A stretch of DNA of 64,000 bases from Alphaproteobacteria bacterium (lineage in GTDB: Bacteria; Pseudomonadota; Alphaproteobacteria; MPNO01): assembly GCA_964291675.2 (NCBI GenBank), contig OZ219865.1, positions 320,001-384,000 on the forward strand, in the 5' to 3' direction. The notes beneath the pieces were generated by a model that ran no database searches, was not told the DNA's origin, and worked only from the letters and a program-made list of their open reading frames with translations. Made by a program: the position numbers and the translations under genes. Every line of letters begins with the position of its first letter. Positions within the stretch are counted from its first letter, which is position 1. This document shows positions 31,407 through 41,980 of this stretch, piece after piece.

Positions 31407-32996
31407 TCAGCCCCATTCCGCCAGCGCCGCCGCGCCGGTGCCGGCGATGCGGCCGGAGACGAAGCACTCGGCGATGTTGCCGCCCGACATGTAGAGATGG
31501 CCGAAGGCGCTGCCGAGCTCGCCCGCGGCATACAGCCTCGGGATCGGCGCGCCGAACACGTCGACGATCCGCTGGCGGCGGTCGTGCACCGGCCCGCCCT
31601 GGGTGTTGGACACCACCGGCCACACCGGGGCGCCGTAGAACGGCGGCTCGGCGACCGGCATCATGGTGCCCGGCGGGCGGCCGAAATCCTCGTCGCGCCC
31701 GGCCGCGCAGAGGGCGTTCCAGCGCGCGACGCTGCGCTCCACCGCATCGGGGTCGAGCCCGAGCGCCGCGGCGAGCCCGGCGAGCGTGCCGGCGCGGGCG
31801 AGAATGCCGGATTCGACCTCCGCCAGGTTGTCGGCGCTCCAGTCGAGGCGCAGCCCCCGGTCGTTCGATGTCGGCCGGCCGAGCGGGTAGAGCTTGCGCC
31901 CCGCCTCGTCGCAGACCAGGTAGCTCGGGATGCGCGGAAAATCCTGGCGCACGGTGTCGAAGAGCTGCATCTGGCGGTGGCCGGTGTCGTGGGTGTAGGG
32001 CGGGTACTCGTTCATGTAGCGGCTGCCGTCGCGGTCGAGCAGGATCCAGGTCATCTTGACCTGGGCGTCGCTGATCTCGCCGGTCTCGTCGCGCCGCGCC
32101 ATGAAGCCGCCGCCGCCGGGCCGCCAGTCGGGCAGGCGCTTGACCCGGATGGCGTAGGGGTAGTCCGGGTCGGGGTTGCGGAAGCCGTAGGCGCCGTGGA
32201 AGTGCCACATGTGCCACAGCTCGGCGCCCACGTCCTGGGCCATGACGATGCCGTCGCCGGTGTTGTGGCGCGCCGCGGCGGGCAGCACCGGCCGGCCCTC
32301 CCAGTACTGGTCCTGCCGCTCGGGGCTGCCCTCGAACCCGCCGCAGGCGAGGATGACGCCGCGCCTTGCCGCGATCCGGCTCACCCCGTCCGGCCCCTCC
32401 ACCGTGATGCCGCGGATCTCCGAGCCGTCCGCCGAGGCGAGCAGCCGCACGCCGCGGGTGTTCAGCCTGATGTCGACGCTCTCCCTGGCCAGGTTGTCGT
32501 CGATGATCTTGAACAGCATCGGCCCGCCCGGCGCGCCGTTGGCCCAGGGGTAGACCGCGCGGGCGTCGAAATTGGGCACCGAGACGACCACCGTCTGGTA
32601 GAACGCGTCGAACCCGGGGAGCGGGTAGTTGGCCCCGGTCTTGCCGGTCTCGATGGTGGTCATCAGCTCGGCGTCGTTGACCCTGGCGAGCGCGCGCACA
32701 TAGGGCTCCAGGCCCGACATCCCCTCGGCGAGAGTGCGGACCACCTCGTCCGAGGTCCGCCCGGCATTGGTGGCGGCGAGGTAGGCGTAGGCGCGCTCGG
32801 CGTCCATGGCGCAGCGCACCGCCCCGTAGGAGCAGATCGAGATGCCGCCCGGCACGGCGGTCTTCTCGATCAGCAGCACGCGGGCGCCGGCGCGCGCGGC
32901 CTCCAGCGCCGAGATCGACCCCGCGAAGCCGTAGCCGACGACGACGACGTCGAAGCTCTCGTCATAGCGCTCCACCGAGCGAGGGATGCCGTCCAT
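31407..32996 (-). CDS. FAD-dependent oxidoreductase (flavocytochrome c / 3-ketosteroid dehydrogenase-like)
   Basis: 'DVVVVGYGFAG', 'VILACGGF', 'NTGDG', 'NTQGG', 'RLYAAGE'. Confidence 0.88.
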   Translation of the reverse strand: MDGIPRSVERYDESFDVVVVGYGFAGSISALEAARAGARVLLIEKTAVPGGISICSYGAVRCAMDAERAYAYLAATNAGRTSDEVVRTLAEGMSGLEPYVRALARVNDAELMTTIETGKTGANYPLPGFDAFYQTVVVSVPNFDARAVYPWANGAPGGPMLFKIIDDNLARESVDIRLNTRGVRLLASADGSEIRGITVEGPDGVSRIAARRGVILACGGFEGSPERQDQYWEGRPVLPAAARHNTGDGIVMAQDVGAELWHMWHFHGAYGFRNPDPDYPYAIRVKRLPDWRPGGGGFMARRDETGEISDAQVKMTWILLDRDGSRYMNEYPPYTHDTGHRQMQLFDTVRQDFPRIPSYLVCDEAGRKLYPLGRPTSNDRGLRLDWSADNLAEVESGILARAGTLAGLAAALGLDPDAVERSVARWNALCAAGRDEDFGRPPGTMMPVAEPPFYGAPVWPVVSNTQGGPVHDRRQRIVDVFGAPIPRLYAAGELGSAFGHLYMSGGNIAECFVSGRIAGTGAAALAEWG

Positions 32997-33086
32997 GTCC
33001 GCTCCTTGCCAGGGTCCGGGAGGGCGCCGGCGGCGTGGGCCGGCGGGGGGATTTTAGCCCGGTGACGCGGACCGCGCGATTCGCCG

Positions 33087-33197
33087 GGTCCTTCGATACG
33101 CCCGCCTGCGGCGGGCTACTCAGGATGAGGGGTGGGTGAGCGGCCGCTCACCAATTCCCTCATCCTGAGTAGCGGCGAAGCCGCGTATCGAAGGACC
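33087..33197. repeat. Second family of palindromic repeat, copy 1
   Basis: GGTCCTTCGATACGC..CTACTCAGGATGAGG ... CCTCATCCTGAGTAG..GCGTATCGAAGGACC. Confidence 0.85.
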
Positions 33198-33279
33198 GCC
33201 CCGCCATTTCCCCCCATCCGTCATGCTCGGCCCCCGGATCAGGGCCGGCCATGACGGGGGTGGGCCGTATCGAGGGGCG

Positions 33280-34308
<1,029 letters not shown>

Positions 34309-34360
34309 CTAGCGAATTTCCGAGCCGTGCCCTCGCTCCGGTCACGCCGGGGCGAGAGTT

Positions 34361-34693
34361 CTAACCCTCGCGGCGCGCGCCGGCGTGGAAGAAATCGCCC
34401 GGGATCGCCTCGATGACCGGGTCGATCGAGCGCGCCCGGGCGATCTCCCGTCCCGAGCGGTGGTCCGCCAGGCGGTAGGAGCCGTCGCCGCGCCGCGAGA
34501 TCCGGTAGCAGGCATAGGGCGCGTTGCTGCGGTCGCCCGAATAGATCCGGACCTCGTCGGCCTCGCCGCCGGGGATGCGCTCGCTGCGGTACCAGCGGTG
34601 CATCAGCTCCAGCTTGCGCGCGAGCGCGGCGACCTTCTCCAGGTCGCGCGCGGTGAACCGGGCGAGGTCGAGGCGGAGGAGATCGGCTTGCAT
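34361..34693 (-). CDS. Hypothetical protein
   Basis: Host-like codon usage, 110 aa, same strand as the downstream genes; no recognised motif. Confidence 0.55.
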   Translation of the reverse strand: MQADLLRLDLARFTARDLEKVAALARKLELMHRWYRSERIPGGEADEVRIYSGDRSNAPYACYRISRRGDGSYRLADHRSGREIARARSIDPVIEAIPGDFFHAGARREG

Positions 34694-34820
34694 GGGCGGG
34701 GTCCCACTCCGGCTGGCGTCGGCGAACCACCGCATGCCGCAATGTCGAAGGATGTACAAGGAAATTCGCGCCGTCCGGTTCGCCACGATCCCCCGGCCGT
34801 CATTCCGCCGAGACTCGTGT

Positions 34821-34844
34821 TTTGATACTGATTATGGTACCAAA
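34821..34844. promoter_or_regulatory. Putative HicB operator palindrome
   Basis: TTTGATAC-N8-GTACCAAA imperfect inverted repeat directly before hicA ATG. Confidence 0.5.
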
Positions 34845-34850
34845 GTCCAT

Positions 34851-35105
34851 ATGCGGACGAAGCATCGACGCACCCTGAACAGCGTGTTCAGGAAGCCGAC
34901 GCCCGCGGGGATCCGGTGGTCCGACATCGTTTCCATGCTCGAGGCGGCAGGCGTCGAGGTTTCCGAGCGCGCCGGGTCGCGCGTAATGTTGAAGAAGGGA
35001 CGGGAGAGAATGCTGGTCCATCGGCCTCACCCGGAGACCGAAACCGGGAGAGCGACGGTGCGCGACATCGCCGCCTTTCTCGGGGCGGCAGGAATCGAGC
35101 CATGA
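34851..35105 (+). CDS. hicA: HicA-family toxin
   Basis: 'KHRRTL..VF..P', 'IRWSDI', 'GSRV', 'HRPHP'. Confidence 0.9.
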   Translation: MRTKHRRTLNSVFRKPTPAGIRWSDIVSMLEAAGVEVSERAGSRVMLKKGRERMLVHRPHPETETGRATVRDIAAFLGAAGIEP

Positions 35106-35431
35106 TGGAATACAAGGGATACCTCGCCCGGGTCGAATTCGACGACTCGGTGGGCCGGCTTCACGGGCGGGTGGTCAACAGCGGCGCCTATCCGATCGCA
35201 ACCTTCGAGGCGGTCGACGTCGACGGGCTGCAGCGCGAGTTTCGCCGGTCCGTCGACGAATATCTCGCATCCTGTCGCGAGGACGGCGTGGAGCCCAAAA
35301 GGCCATTCTCGGGCAAGCTCAACGTTCGCCTCGGCCCCGACCTGCACCGGCGCCTCGCCCGGCTGGCGGCGGAAAGCGGCATGAGCCTGAACGGCTGGAT
35401 CAGGCAGGCGCTGGAGAAGAGCGCCTCCTAG
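35102..35431 (+). CDS. hicB: HicB-family antitoxin
   Basis: 'MEYKGY', 'SVDEYL..C', 'PFSGKLNVRL.PDLH', 'SLNGWI'; ATGA overlap. Confidence 0.92.
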   Translation: MMEYKGYLARVEFDDSVGRLHGRVVNSGAYPIATFEAVDVDGLQREFRRSVDEYLASCREDGVEPKRPFSGKLNVRLGPDLHRRLARLAAESGMSLNGWIRQALEKSAS

Positions 35432-35449
35432 CCCGGTCGCGAGGCGCCG

Positions 35450-36874
35450 TCAGCCGGCCCGGCGGCGGGCGGGCTCGGGCTGCGCGCGGGTATGGAGCGC
35501 GTCCTCGACCTTGCCGCCCACGGCATAGGACACCAGCTCGGCGAGGGTGACCGGCGCGCCGCGCACGTCGTGCTTGCCGGTCACCACGTCGGCGATCAGC
35601 CGGGCGTGCAGCTCCGCGGCCAGCTCGATCTGGCGCCTGGCGCGGGCGATGCGGTCGTCGATCGCCGCCTCCGCCCGCTCCAGGTAGGACACGATGGCGT
35701 GCTGTTCGGCGAGCGGCGGGCGGGCGATGCGCAGGCAGCCGAGGCCGCTCCACTCCGCCCGTTTCACCGCCGACCCGCCGGCGAGCCGGTCGGTCGCCGC
35801 CACCACCGGGCGGGAGCGCAGCACCCGCTCGACGTAGCGGCCGGAGAAGGCGGAGCGGCGCGGGCGCAGCACCAGGAACTCGCCGGCGCACAGCCCTCCG
35901 GTCTGCGGGCTGACCACCCGGGCGAGATGGGGGCGGAGCTTTCCGAACAGGACGTCGCCCGGCTCGAAACGCTTCAGCCTCGCGTCGGGCGGGGCGTCGG
36001 GCTCGCCGCGTTGCAGCCGCCCGGTCCAGCTCTCGACATGTTCAAGCGCGACATAGGCGTCGGCATGGCGCCATTCGCTGGCGACCCGCCCGGCACTGGC
36101 CATCGACGCCTTCAGCCGTTCGACCACCCAGTGCTCCGGCACCGTGCCGAGCCAGGCCGCGCCGGACTCCTTGCAGTCGCGGTAGGGGCGCCCGGTGCGG
36201 ACGTCGAGCTTGCCGGTGACCGCGCGATGCACGGTGACCAGCTTCTGCTCTTCCAGCAGCGCGACCAGCCGCTTCTTGGCGCGGACGAAATTCCGCATCC
36301 GCCGTTCGACCCGGTCGAGGAAGCGCACGATGGCGCCCTGCTCGTCGAGCGGCGGCAGCGTCACGGTCAGCCGCTTGAGCTGTTCGGCATAGATGTGGGC
36401 GACCGTGACGCCCTGGCCCATCGCGCCCTTCTGGCCGGCCGCCGGCAGGCAGTTGGTGGCGTAGCCCAGATAGCGCGCATCGACCGTCCGGCCGGGCCGG
36501 AAGCGGATCACGTCGCGGCCGCAGCAGGCCTCGGAGCGGATCAGGTTGACCGCCGATTCGCCGATCTCCTCGGCGGTCTCGCCGGTCGCCGCGAACAGCA
36601 CGTCGCCGAACCGGATCGGCGAGTACTTCGCGGCCCTGGCCCTGGGGACGAAGGACCGGCTCTCGGTGACGAAGCGGCGATGCGTGGTGTACAGGTCGCC
36701 GTAGCGGATGCAGGGAATCCCCGACGCGCGCTCGTCCAGCCGGTTGCCGCCCTTGCCGGTGGAGAACGAGCCGAACCGGCCGAGCGGTTCGACGTCCCAG
36801 TGCTCGGGCACAAGGCCGAGCCAGTCCAGGCCGGAGTCCTTCATCTCGGGATAGCGGAGGAAGGCGGCGGTCAT
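35450..36874 (-). CDS. hsdS: Type I R-M specificity subunit
   Basis: Two repeats 'KDSGLDWLG.VPEHW' / 'KESGAAWLG.VPEHW', two 'PPLxEQ' motifs, 'VTGK' repeats. Confidence 0.88.
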   Translation of the reverse strand: MTAAFLRYPEMKDSGLDWLGLVPEHWDVEPLGRFGSFSTGKGGNRLDERASGIPCIRYGDLYTTHRRFVTESRSFVPRARAAKYSPIRFGDVLFAATGETAEEIGESAVNLIRSEACCGRDVIRFRPGRTVDARYLGYATNCLPAAGQKGAMGQGVTVAHIYAEQLKRLTVTLPPLDEQGAIVRFLDRVERRMRNFVRAKKRLVALLEEQKLVTVHRAVTGKLDVRTGRPYRDCKESGAAWLGTVPEHWVVERLKASMASAGRVASEWRHADAYVALEHVESWTGRLQRGEPDAPPDARLKRFEPGDVLFGKLRPHLARVVSPQTGGLCAGEFLVLRPRRSAFSGRYVERVLRSRPVVAATDRLAGGSAVKRAEWSGLGCLRIARPPLAEQHAIVSYLERAEAAIDDRIARARRQIELAAELHARLIADVVTGKHDVRGAPVTLAELVSYAVGGKVEDALHTRAQPEPARRRAG

Positions 36875-38844
36875 CGTCCCGCCCCCTGGAAGATGTTCTC
36901 GATCAGGGTTCCGGTCTCCCGTTCCAAAGCGAGGATCTCGGCCCGGATCTCGTCCAGCCCGCGCATCGGCTCGGGGCGGTAGAAATGGCGCCGGAAATCG
37001 ATCCGGTAGCCGATCTTCTCGCTGTCCGGCCGGTACCACGCATCCGGCGCGTAGGGCAGCACCTCGCGCTCCATGAAGGCTTCGATCCCGCCCTCTTCCC
37101 GCAGCGGCACCCGTTCGGTGTCGCGCAGCCCGGAATCCGGCTCGTACTCCACCACCGCCGGCCGGCCGCCGATCTCGGCGGCGAACCGGCCGCGCAGCGG
37201 ATCGGCCGCGGCGCCCCTGCCGTGGATCCTCGCGATCACCGGCGGCGCGGTTTCCCGCCGCCTGCCGTAATCCCGCAACCGCGCGACCTCGTCGGCGGAG
37301 TGGATTTTTCCGGGCTCGGCGCCCTCGACGCGCAGCGGTCGCTCGACCGTCACCCTGCGGTAGCCGAACGCGGCGTTGTCGAGGATCCTGCTGTGCTCGG
37401 ACTCCTCGAAGTCGCGGAAGGTCTCGCAGATGCGCGCGACATGTTCCTCGCCGAGCTCGCGGCTCTTCTTGCCGACGCTCCTCTGCAGGTCGGCGAACCA
37501 GCCGGTGGCGTCGATCAACTGCACCCGGCCCCGGCGGCGCGCCGGCTTGCGGTTGGTGAGCACCCAGACATAGGCGGCGATCGCGGTGTCGTAGAAGATG
37601 TTGCTGGGCAGGGCGACGATGGCCTCCAGCCAGTCGTTCTCCAGGATCCAGCGGCGGATGTTGCTCTCGCCCTGCCCGGCATCGCCGGTCAGCAGCGACG
37701 CGCCGTTGTGGACCTCGGCGATGCGGCTGCCGAGCGGCGTGTCCCGCTTCATCTTCGACAGCGCGTTGACCAGGTACAGCATCTGGCTGTCGCTCGAACG
37801 CGGCGCCAGCGAGTACCCGGGATCGCCGGCGTGCACGACGGCAAAGCGCGCATCCCGCATGGCCTTCCTGCCGCCCATGCGGTCGAGCTCCGCCTTCCAT
37901 CTCCGTCCATGCGGCGGGTTGGACAGCATGAAGTCGAACTGGTGCGCCGCGAACGCGTCCTGCGACACCGCCGACCGCCCGGCCCCGCCTGCGATGGTGC
38001 AGGCGGCGTCGCCCCGTCCGGCGAGCAGCATGCCGGCCTTGCAGACGGCGGAGCTGTCGCGGTCGGCCTCCTGGCCGTAGAGCTGGATCGAGACCTCGCC
38101 GCGGTTCGGCCGCACCAGCTCGCGCAGGCTCTCGCCGGCCGCGTCCAGCATCTCGCCGATACCGCACGCCCCGTCATAGAGCGAGTAGGCGCCGGGCCGG
38201 ATATTCGCCGCGACCGGCTCGAAGACGAGCCGCGCCATCAGCCCGATCGCATCGCGCGGGGTCCGGTGCTCGCCGGACCCTTCGCCGCTCTCGGCCCTGC
38301 CGCGCCGCACCAGCTCCTCGAACAGCGCGCGCATGGCGGCCTCGTCGAGGCCGGTCTCGGCGATGGTGCCGTCGGCGTTGCGCACCGCGTCCGGGCCGAA
38401 ATGGATGTCGCCGGCGGTGAATTTGCGGATCAGCCTGGCCAGGGCCGCCGTCTCGCCGAGACGCTCGACCCGTTCGCGGAAGCCGAATCGGTCGAGAATG
38501 TCCCGCACGTTGGGCGAGAAGCCGTCGAGATAGGCGGCGAAATCGGCTGCCAGACGTCCGCGTCCCCCGCGTTTCCGGAGACTGCCGAGGGCGAGCCCGG
38601 AGAGGTTGTAACAGGGCTGCCCGGAGATCCCGCAGAGGGCGTCGTCCCGTTCCGCCGGGTCGGCGTCGTCGAGCTCCGCGGCGCGCGCCAGGACGGCCTT
38701 CCTGGACGGTTCCAGCAGCGCATCGAGGCGGACGACGAAGACCATGGGCAGGACGATATCCCGGCACCGGACGGGGGCGTCGCAATTGCGCAGCGCGTCC
38801 CTGGCGATTTTCCAGACCTGGTTGGCGATCCGCTGAACGTTCAC
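36871..38844 (-). CDS. hsdM: Type I R-M methyltransferase subunit with atypical motifs
   Basis: 'GEHRTPRD', motif I 'YDGACGIGEM', 'LYGQE', motif IV 'LSNPPHG', 'LRDTERVPL'; GTG start after GGAAGGAG. Confidence 0.88.
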   Translation of the reverse strand: MNVQRIANQVWKIARDALRNCDAPVRCRDIVLPMVFVVRLDALLEPSRKAVLARAAELDDADPAERDDALCGISGQPCYNLSGLALGSLRKRGGRGRLAADFAAYLDGFSPNVRDILDRFGFRERVERLGETAALARLIRKFTAGDIHFGPDAVRNADGTIAETGLDEAAMRALFEELVRRGRAESGEGSGEHRTPRDAIGLMARLVFEPVAANIRPGAYSLYDGACGIGEMLDAAGESLRELVRPNRGEVSIQLYGQEADRDSSAVCKAGMLLAGRGDAACTIAGGAGRSAVSQDAFAAHQFDFMLSNPPHGRRWKAELDRMGGRKAMRDARFAVVHAGDPGYSLAPRSSDSQMLYLVNALSKMKRDTPLGSRIAEVHNGASLLTGDAGQGESNIRRWILENDWLEAIVALPSNIFYDTAIAAYVWVLTNRKPARRRGRVQLIDATGWFADLQRSVGKKSRELGEEHVARICETFRDFEESEHSRILDNAAFGYRRVTVERPLRVEGAEPGKIHSADEVARLRDYGRRRETAPPVIARIHGRGAAADPLRGRFAAEIGGRPAVVEYEPDSGLRDTERVPLREEGGIEAFMEREVLPYAPDAWYRPDSEKIGYRIDFRRHFYRPEPMRGLDEIRAEILALERETGTLIENIFQGAGR

Positions 38845-39082
38845 GCAAACTCTCCTTCCCCGGCGCCGCGGCGGGCGCCGACCCGAAATGGCCCCCGCAT
38901 GCTCGCTCGCCGAAATGCCGGGAAGTCCGGGTCTGGCCCCTAGGTGTCCGCTCCCGCCCCCGGGCGCAAGGCCCTGTCGCCGGGCTGCGACGAAGAGCCG
39001 CGCCGCGGCGCAGGATTTCGGGGACCCCCCACGGAACCTGTGAGCGGGCAAGAAAAAAACCCGGCATTCCGCAGTTTCGAGG
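38783..39082. repeat. Diverged direct repeat, copy A (hsdM 5' end plus upstream leader)
   Basis: Colinear with about 40062-40412. Confidence 0.8.
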
Positions 39083-39255
39083 GATCGCGTCCCGGTCCGT
39101 GGCGGCCGGCGTGCGGAACCCGGTCGAGGCCGGGCGGCGGTGGCGTTGCGGAGGTGCGGTCGGATATGGAACCTGGCCTATCGGGTCTGGCCTTTGCGCA
39201 GCGAGAGCCAGTATGTAGGCGTCGAAACCGTATCTCGGGGAGGGACGAGGAACGG

Positions 39256-39483
39256 ATGGCACGTACGACCAGGGTTTTCATTCCCTACCTCCAAGGGGCA
39301 GGCTCGATTCTCGAAATCGTTCCGTCCTCTTCATACCGGCATTTCGTACCGCGGGAATCCTTCAACACCCGCATTCAGGCTGATTTCTATCGGGTAGGCG
39401 CTGCGGTACGCCATAGCATGGGCCTCTGGAACGAGGAGAACCCTCAAGCTGGGGAGCAGTCCGAACTCCGCGCTGCCGGCTAA
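39256..39483 (+). CDS. Small hypothetical protein preceding a DUF2335-like gene
   Basis: RBS GAGG, 'GAGSILEI...DFYRVG' pattern; lower-GC context. Confidence 0.55.
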   Translation: MARTTRVFIPYLQGAGSILEIVPSSSYRHFVPRESFNTRIQADFYRVGAAVRHSMGLWNEENPQAGEQSELRAAG

Positions 39484-39497
39484 CGAACAGTTCGAGG

Positions 39498-39996
39498 ATG
39501 TCAGAGGACCGCCCATCGGAGTCCGGGTCGGAAGAACGCCCTTCGGAACCCGGCACTCAAGAAATCGTACCGCCGGTCGACGACGATCCCGAAGCGCAAG
39601 AGGTCCATGCCCGCACGGCCGTTCACGTGCGGACCACGGAGTCATAGTCGGGTCCGCTCCCGCCCGCAGATCAGCTTGCAGCTTACAACTGAGGTGGAGC
39701 CTGGCGCGGCGAAACGCATCATCGTCATGGCCGAGGAGTACGCCGCGCACAGTCGGGAGATGGAGCGGACAGCGCTCAGTCTGGAGGGGAAGGCGCGACT
39801 CAGAGGGCAGTTGCTCGGTGTCCTGGTCGTCTTGGCTGTCCTCGGTGCGTGCCTGATCGCCCTCGATCTCGGTTATGAAGCCTTCGCGACCGCGCTGGGG
39901 AGCGGAACCCTGGTCGCCCTGGCAATTGTGTTCGTCTTGGGCAAGGTTCCGGAATGGCTCAAGAAACGGGAACCCAAAGACCCGGAATCGAATTGA
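39498..39996 (+). pseudogene. DUF2335-like membrane protein, disrupted
   Basis: 'SGPLPP..L.AYN' then 'EVEPGAAKRIIVMAE' in another frame; in-frame TAG 39645-39647 and extra T at 39690; two TM segments. Confidence 0.75.
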
Positions 39997-40061
39997 AGTA
40001 GAGCCATTCCCAGCCTACACGTAGCGTTGAATGGAGACCGCCGGGTCTGCCCGCGGCGGCA

Positions 40062-40412
40062 CAATTGCGCAGCGCATCGCTGGCGAGTTTCCAGACCCGG
40101 TTGGCGATCCGCGGAACGTTCAGGCAAGCTCTCGTTCCTCAGCGCCGCGGCGGGCGCCGGCCCGAACCCGCAACCGCACAAACGAACGACCGAGGGAAGA
40201 CCCCGGACGGCTGCCCGCCCGCGGCCCCGAACGGTCCCCCGCATGCCTGCTCGCTGAAATGCCGGGAAATCCGGGTCTGGCCCCTGGGTGTCCACTCCCG
40301 CCCCCGGGCGCAAGGCCATATCGCAAGGCTGCGACGATGGGCCGCGGCGCGCAGGGGATTTCGGGGGACTCGAACGGGAACGAAAAAGCCCCGGAATTCC
40401 GGGGCTTCGAGG
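40062..40412. repeat. Diverged direct repeat, copy B (with ~60-bp insertion; hsdM-like start truncated)
   Basis: Colinear with about 38783-39082; lies just 3' of tRNA-Asn. Confidence 0.8.
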
Positions 40413-40453
40413 TGGGTTTTCGAAAATTCTTGGGTCTCTCGGGACCTCGAAAC

Positions 40454-40529
40454 TGGCTCCCCGGGCCGGACTCGAACCAGCGACATGGTGGTTAACAGCC
40501 ACCCGCTCTACCAACTGAGCTACCGGGGA
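40454..40529 (-). tRNA. tRNA-Asn (GTT)
   Basis: TCCCCGGTAGCTCAGTTGGTAGAGC...CTGTTAA...GGTTCGAGTCC...GGGGAGCCA, 76 nt. Confidence 0.97.
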
Positions 40530-40592
40530 ACGGCATCCGCCTTGCGTCGGGCCGCTATATAACAACCCGGGATGGGGTTGTCAGCCTCGCCG

Positions 40593-41849
40593 TCACGCCG
40601 CCGCGTCGGCGAGGCGGTCGCGGTAGTGGGCGAGGAGCGCGGGCGAGGCGTGGTAGATCGGGGTGTGGCCGCGGATCAGGATCTGGGCGCTGCGCATATA
40701 GGCGGCGCTGTCGATCTTCACCGCGTCGCCGTCGCGCGCGCCGCTTATCACCGCCCCCAGCACGCCGGCCGGGTTGCCGATGCCGACCTCGCGCTCGGCG
40801 GGCTCGGGGCCGAGCGGCTCCAGCCCCGCCGCCGTTTCGTGCGCCACCGTGCCCGGGATCAGCGCCGCCGCGGCGAGGCACGACCCGCCGGTCACCGCCA
40901 TCGTCCGGTGGCAGGTCTGCGGCGTGAAGTAGCGCGCGCGGATATGGGCGCCGGCCGCCGCCTCGGCCTCGTCCGGCGCGGCGACCAGGCAGACCTTTGG
41001 CACCGTCTCGCTGGACGCGAGCTCTTCCGCGGTCATCCGGCGCCCGTCGCGCTCCAGCCCCATGGCGAGCCCGGCGGCGACCCAGAGCGGCTGCATTCTC
41101 GCCCGCAACCCCGCGTCCCGTTCGAGCGCTTCCGGCGCCTCGTCCGCGCGCACCCCGAGATCGGCGGCGCGGGCGATCGCCATCGGCATGGCGAAGTCGA
41201 GGCAGGACACCTCGATCCCTTCGAAGACGTCGCGCCTGGCGCCGGTGGGGAACAGCCTGCCGGTCTTCGAGCCGACCGGGTCGACCAGCGACAGCGCCAC
41301 CCCCGGCCAGCGCCCCATCACGCCCGGCATCTCGGTGTCGGGGGCGAGCGGCGCGCCGGGCGGGGGCATCCCGATCGCGGCGTCGACCGCGACGCCGGTA
41401 TTGGTGTTGAGGATGCGCAGCCGGTTCTGCCCCGGCGCCGGCGCCGCGAGGCCGGCCTCGAACGCCACCAGGGGCAGCGCGGCCGACATGTTGCCGCAAT
41501 TGACGCTCCAGTCGATCGCCGCCTTCCGGGCGGCGAGCTGGGCAAGCGTGCTCTCCAGGTCGAACCCCGCGCGCTGCGAGGCATCGAGGATGAACACCTT
41601 GTTGCTGGTCGTGATGCCGCGGCCGAGCCCGGTGATCTGCCGGTTGCCCGGCACCTCGCCGGCGAGCGGCACCCCCATCACGTTGCGGATCGCCTCTTCG
41701 CGCAGCCCGACCGACCGCGGCAGGTGTCGGGCCAGCAGGACGATTCCGGTCGAGGTGCCGCCGCGCGCATGCCAGACCGGGATCTCCAGCGTCCCGCCGG
41801 CGAAGCGCGGCAGAAGCCCGTCGATCGAGGGCTGTCGTGACGGGCTCAT
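40593..41849 (-). CDS. PrpF/GalD-family isomerase
   Basis: 'RGGTS', 'TTSNKV', 'NCGNMSAA', 'GSKTGRLFPTG', 'HRTMAVTG'. Confidence 0.85.
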   Translation of the reverse strand: MSPSRQPSIDGLLPRFAGGTLEIPVWHARGGTSTGIVLLARHLPRSVGLREEAIRNVMGVPLAGEVPGNRQITGLGRGITTSNKVFILDASQRAGFDLESTLAQLAARKAAIDWSVNCGNMSAALPLVAFEAGLAAPAPGQNRLRILNTNTGVAVDAAIGMPPPGAPLAPDTEMPGVMGRWPGVALSLVDPVGSKTGRLFPTGARRDVFEGIEVSCLDFAMPMAIARAADLGVRADEAPEALERDAGLRARMQPLWVAAGLAMGLERDGRRMTAEELASSETVPKVCLVAAPDEAEAAAGAHIRARYFTPQTCHRTMAVTGGSCLAAAALIPGTVAHETAAGLEPLGPEPAEREVGIGNPAGVLGAVISGARDGDAVKIDSAAYMRSAQILIRGHTPIYHASPALLAHYRDRLADAAA

Positions 41850-41980
41850 CCTGCGGCCTCCGCGCTCGGTCCGGTGGGGCGGCATGTTAGCCGGTCGGCC
41901 GCGGCGGCGAAACGCGGCCTGTCGTCCCAAGCCGGTGTCCCGGTCCCGAAGCTCCGTCCGTTGATACGCCGCCCGTACCG

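Noticed and set aside
39100-39120. Degenerate tRNA-Asn 3' duplication (TGGC...GAACC)
   Set aside because: Too weak to call as an att site
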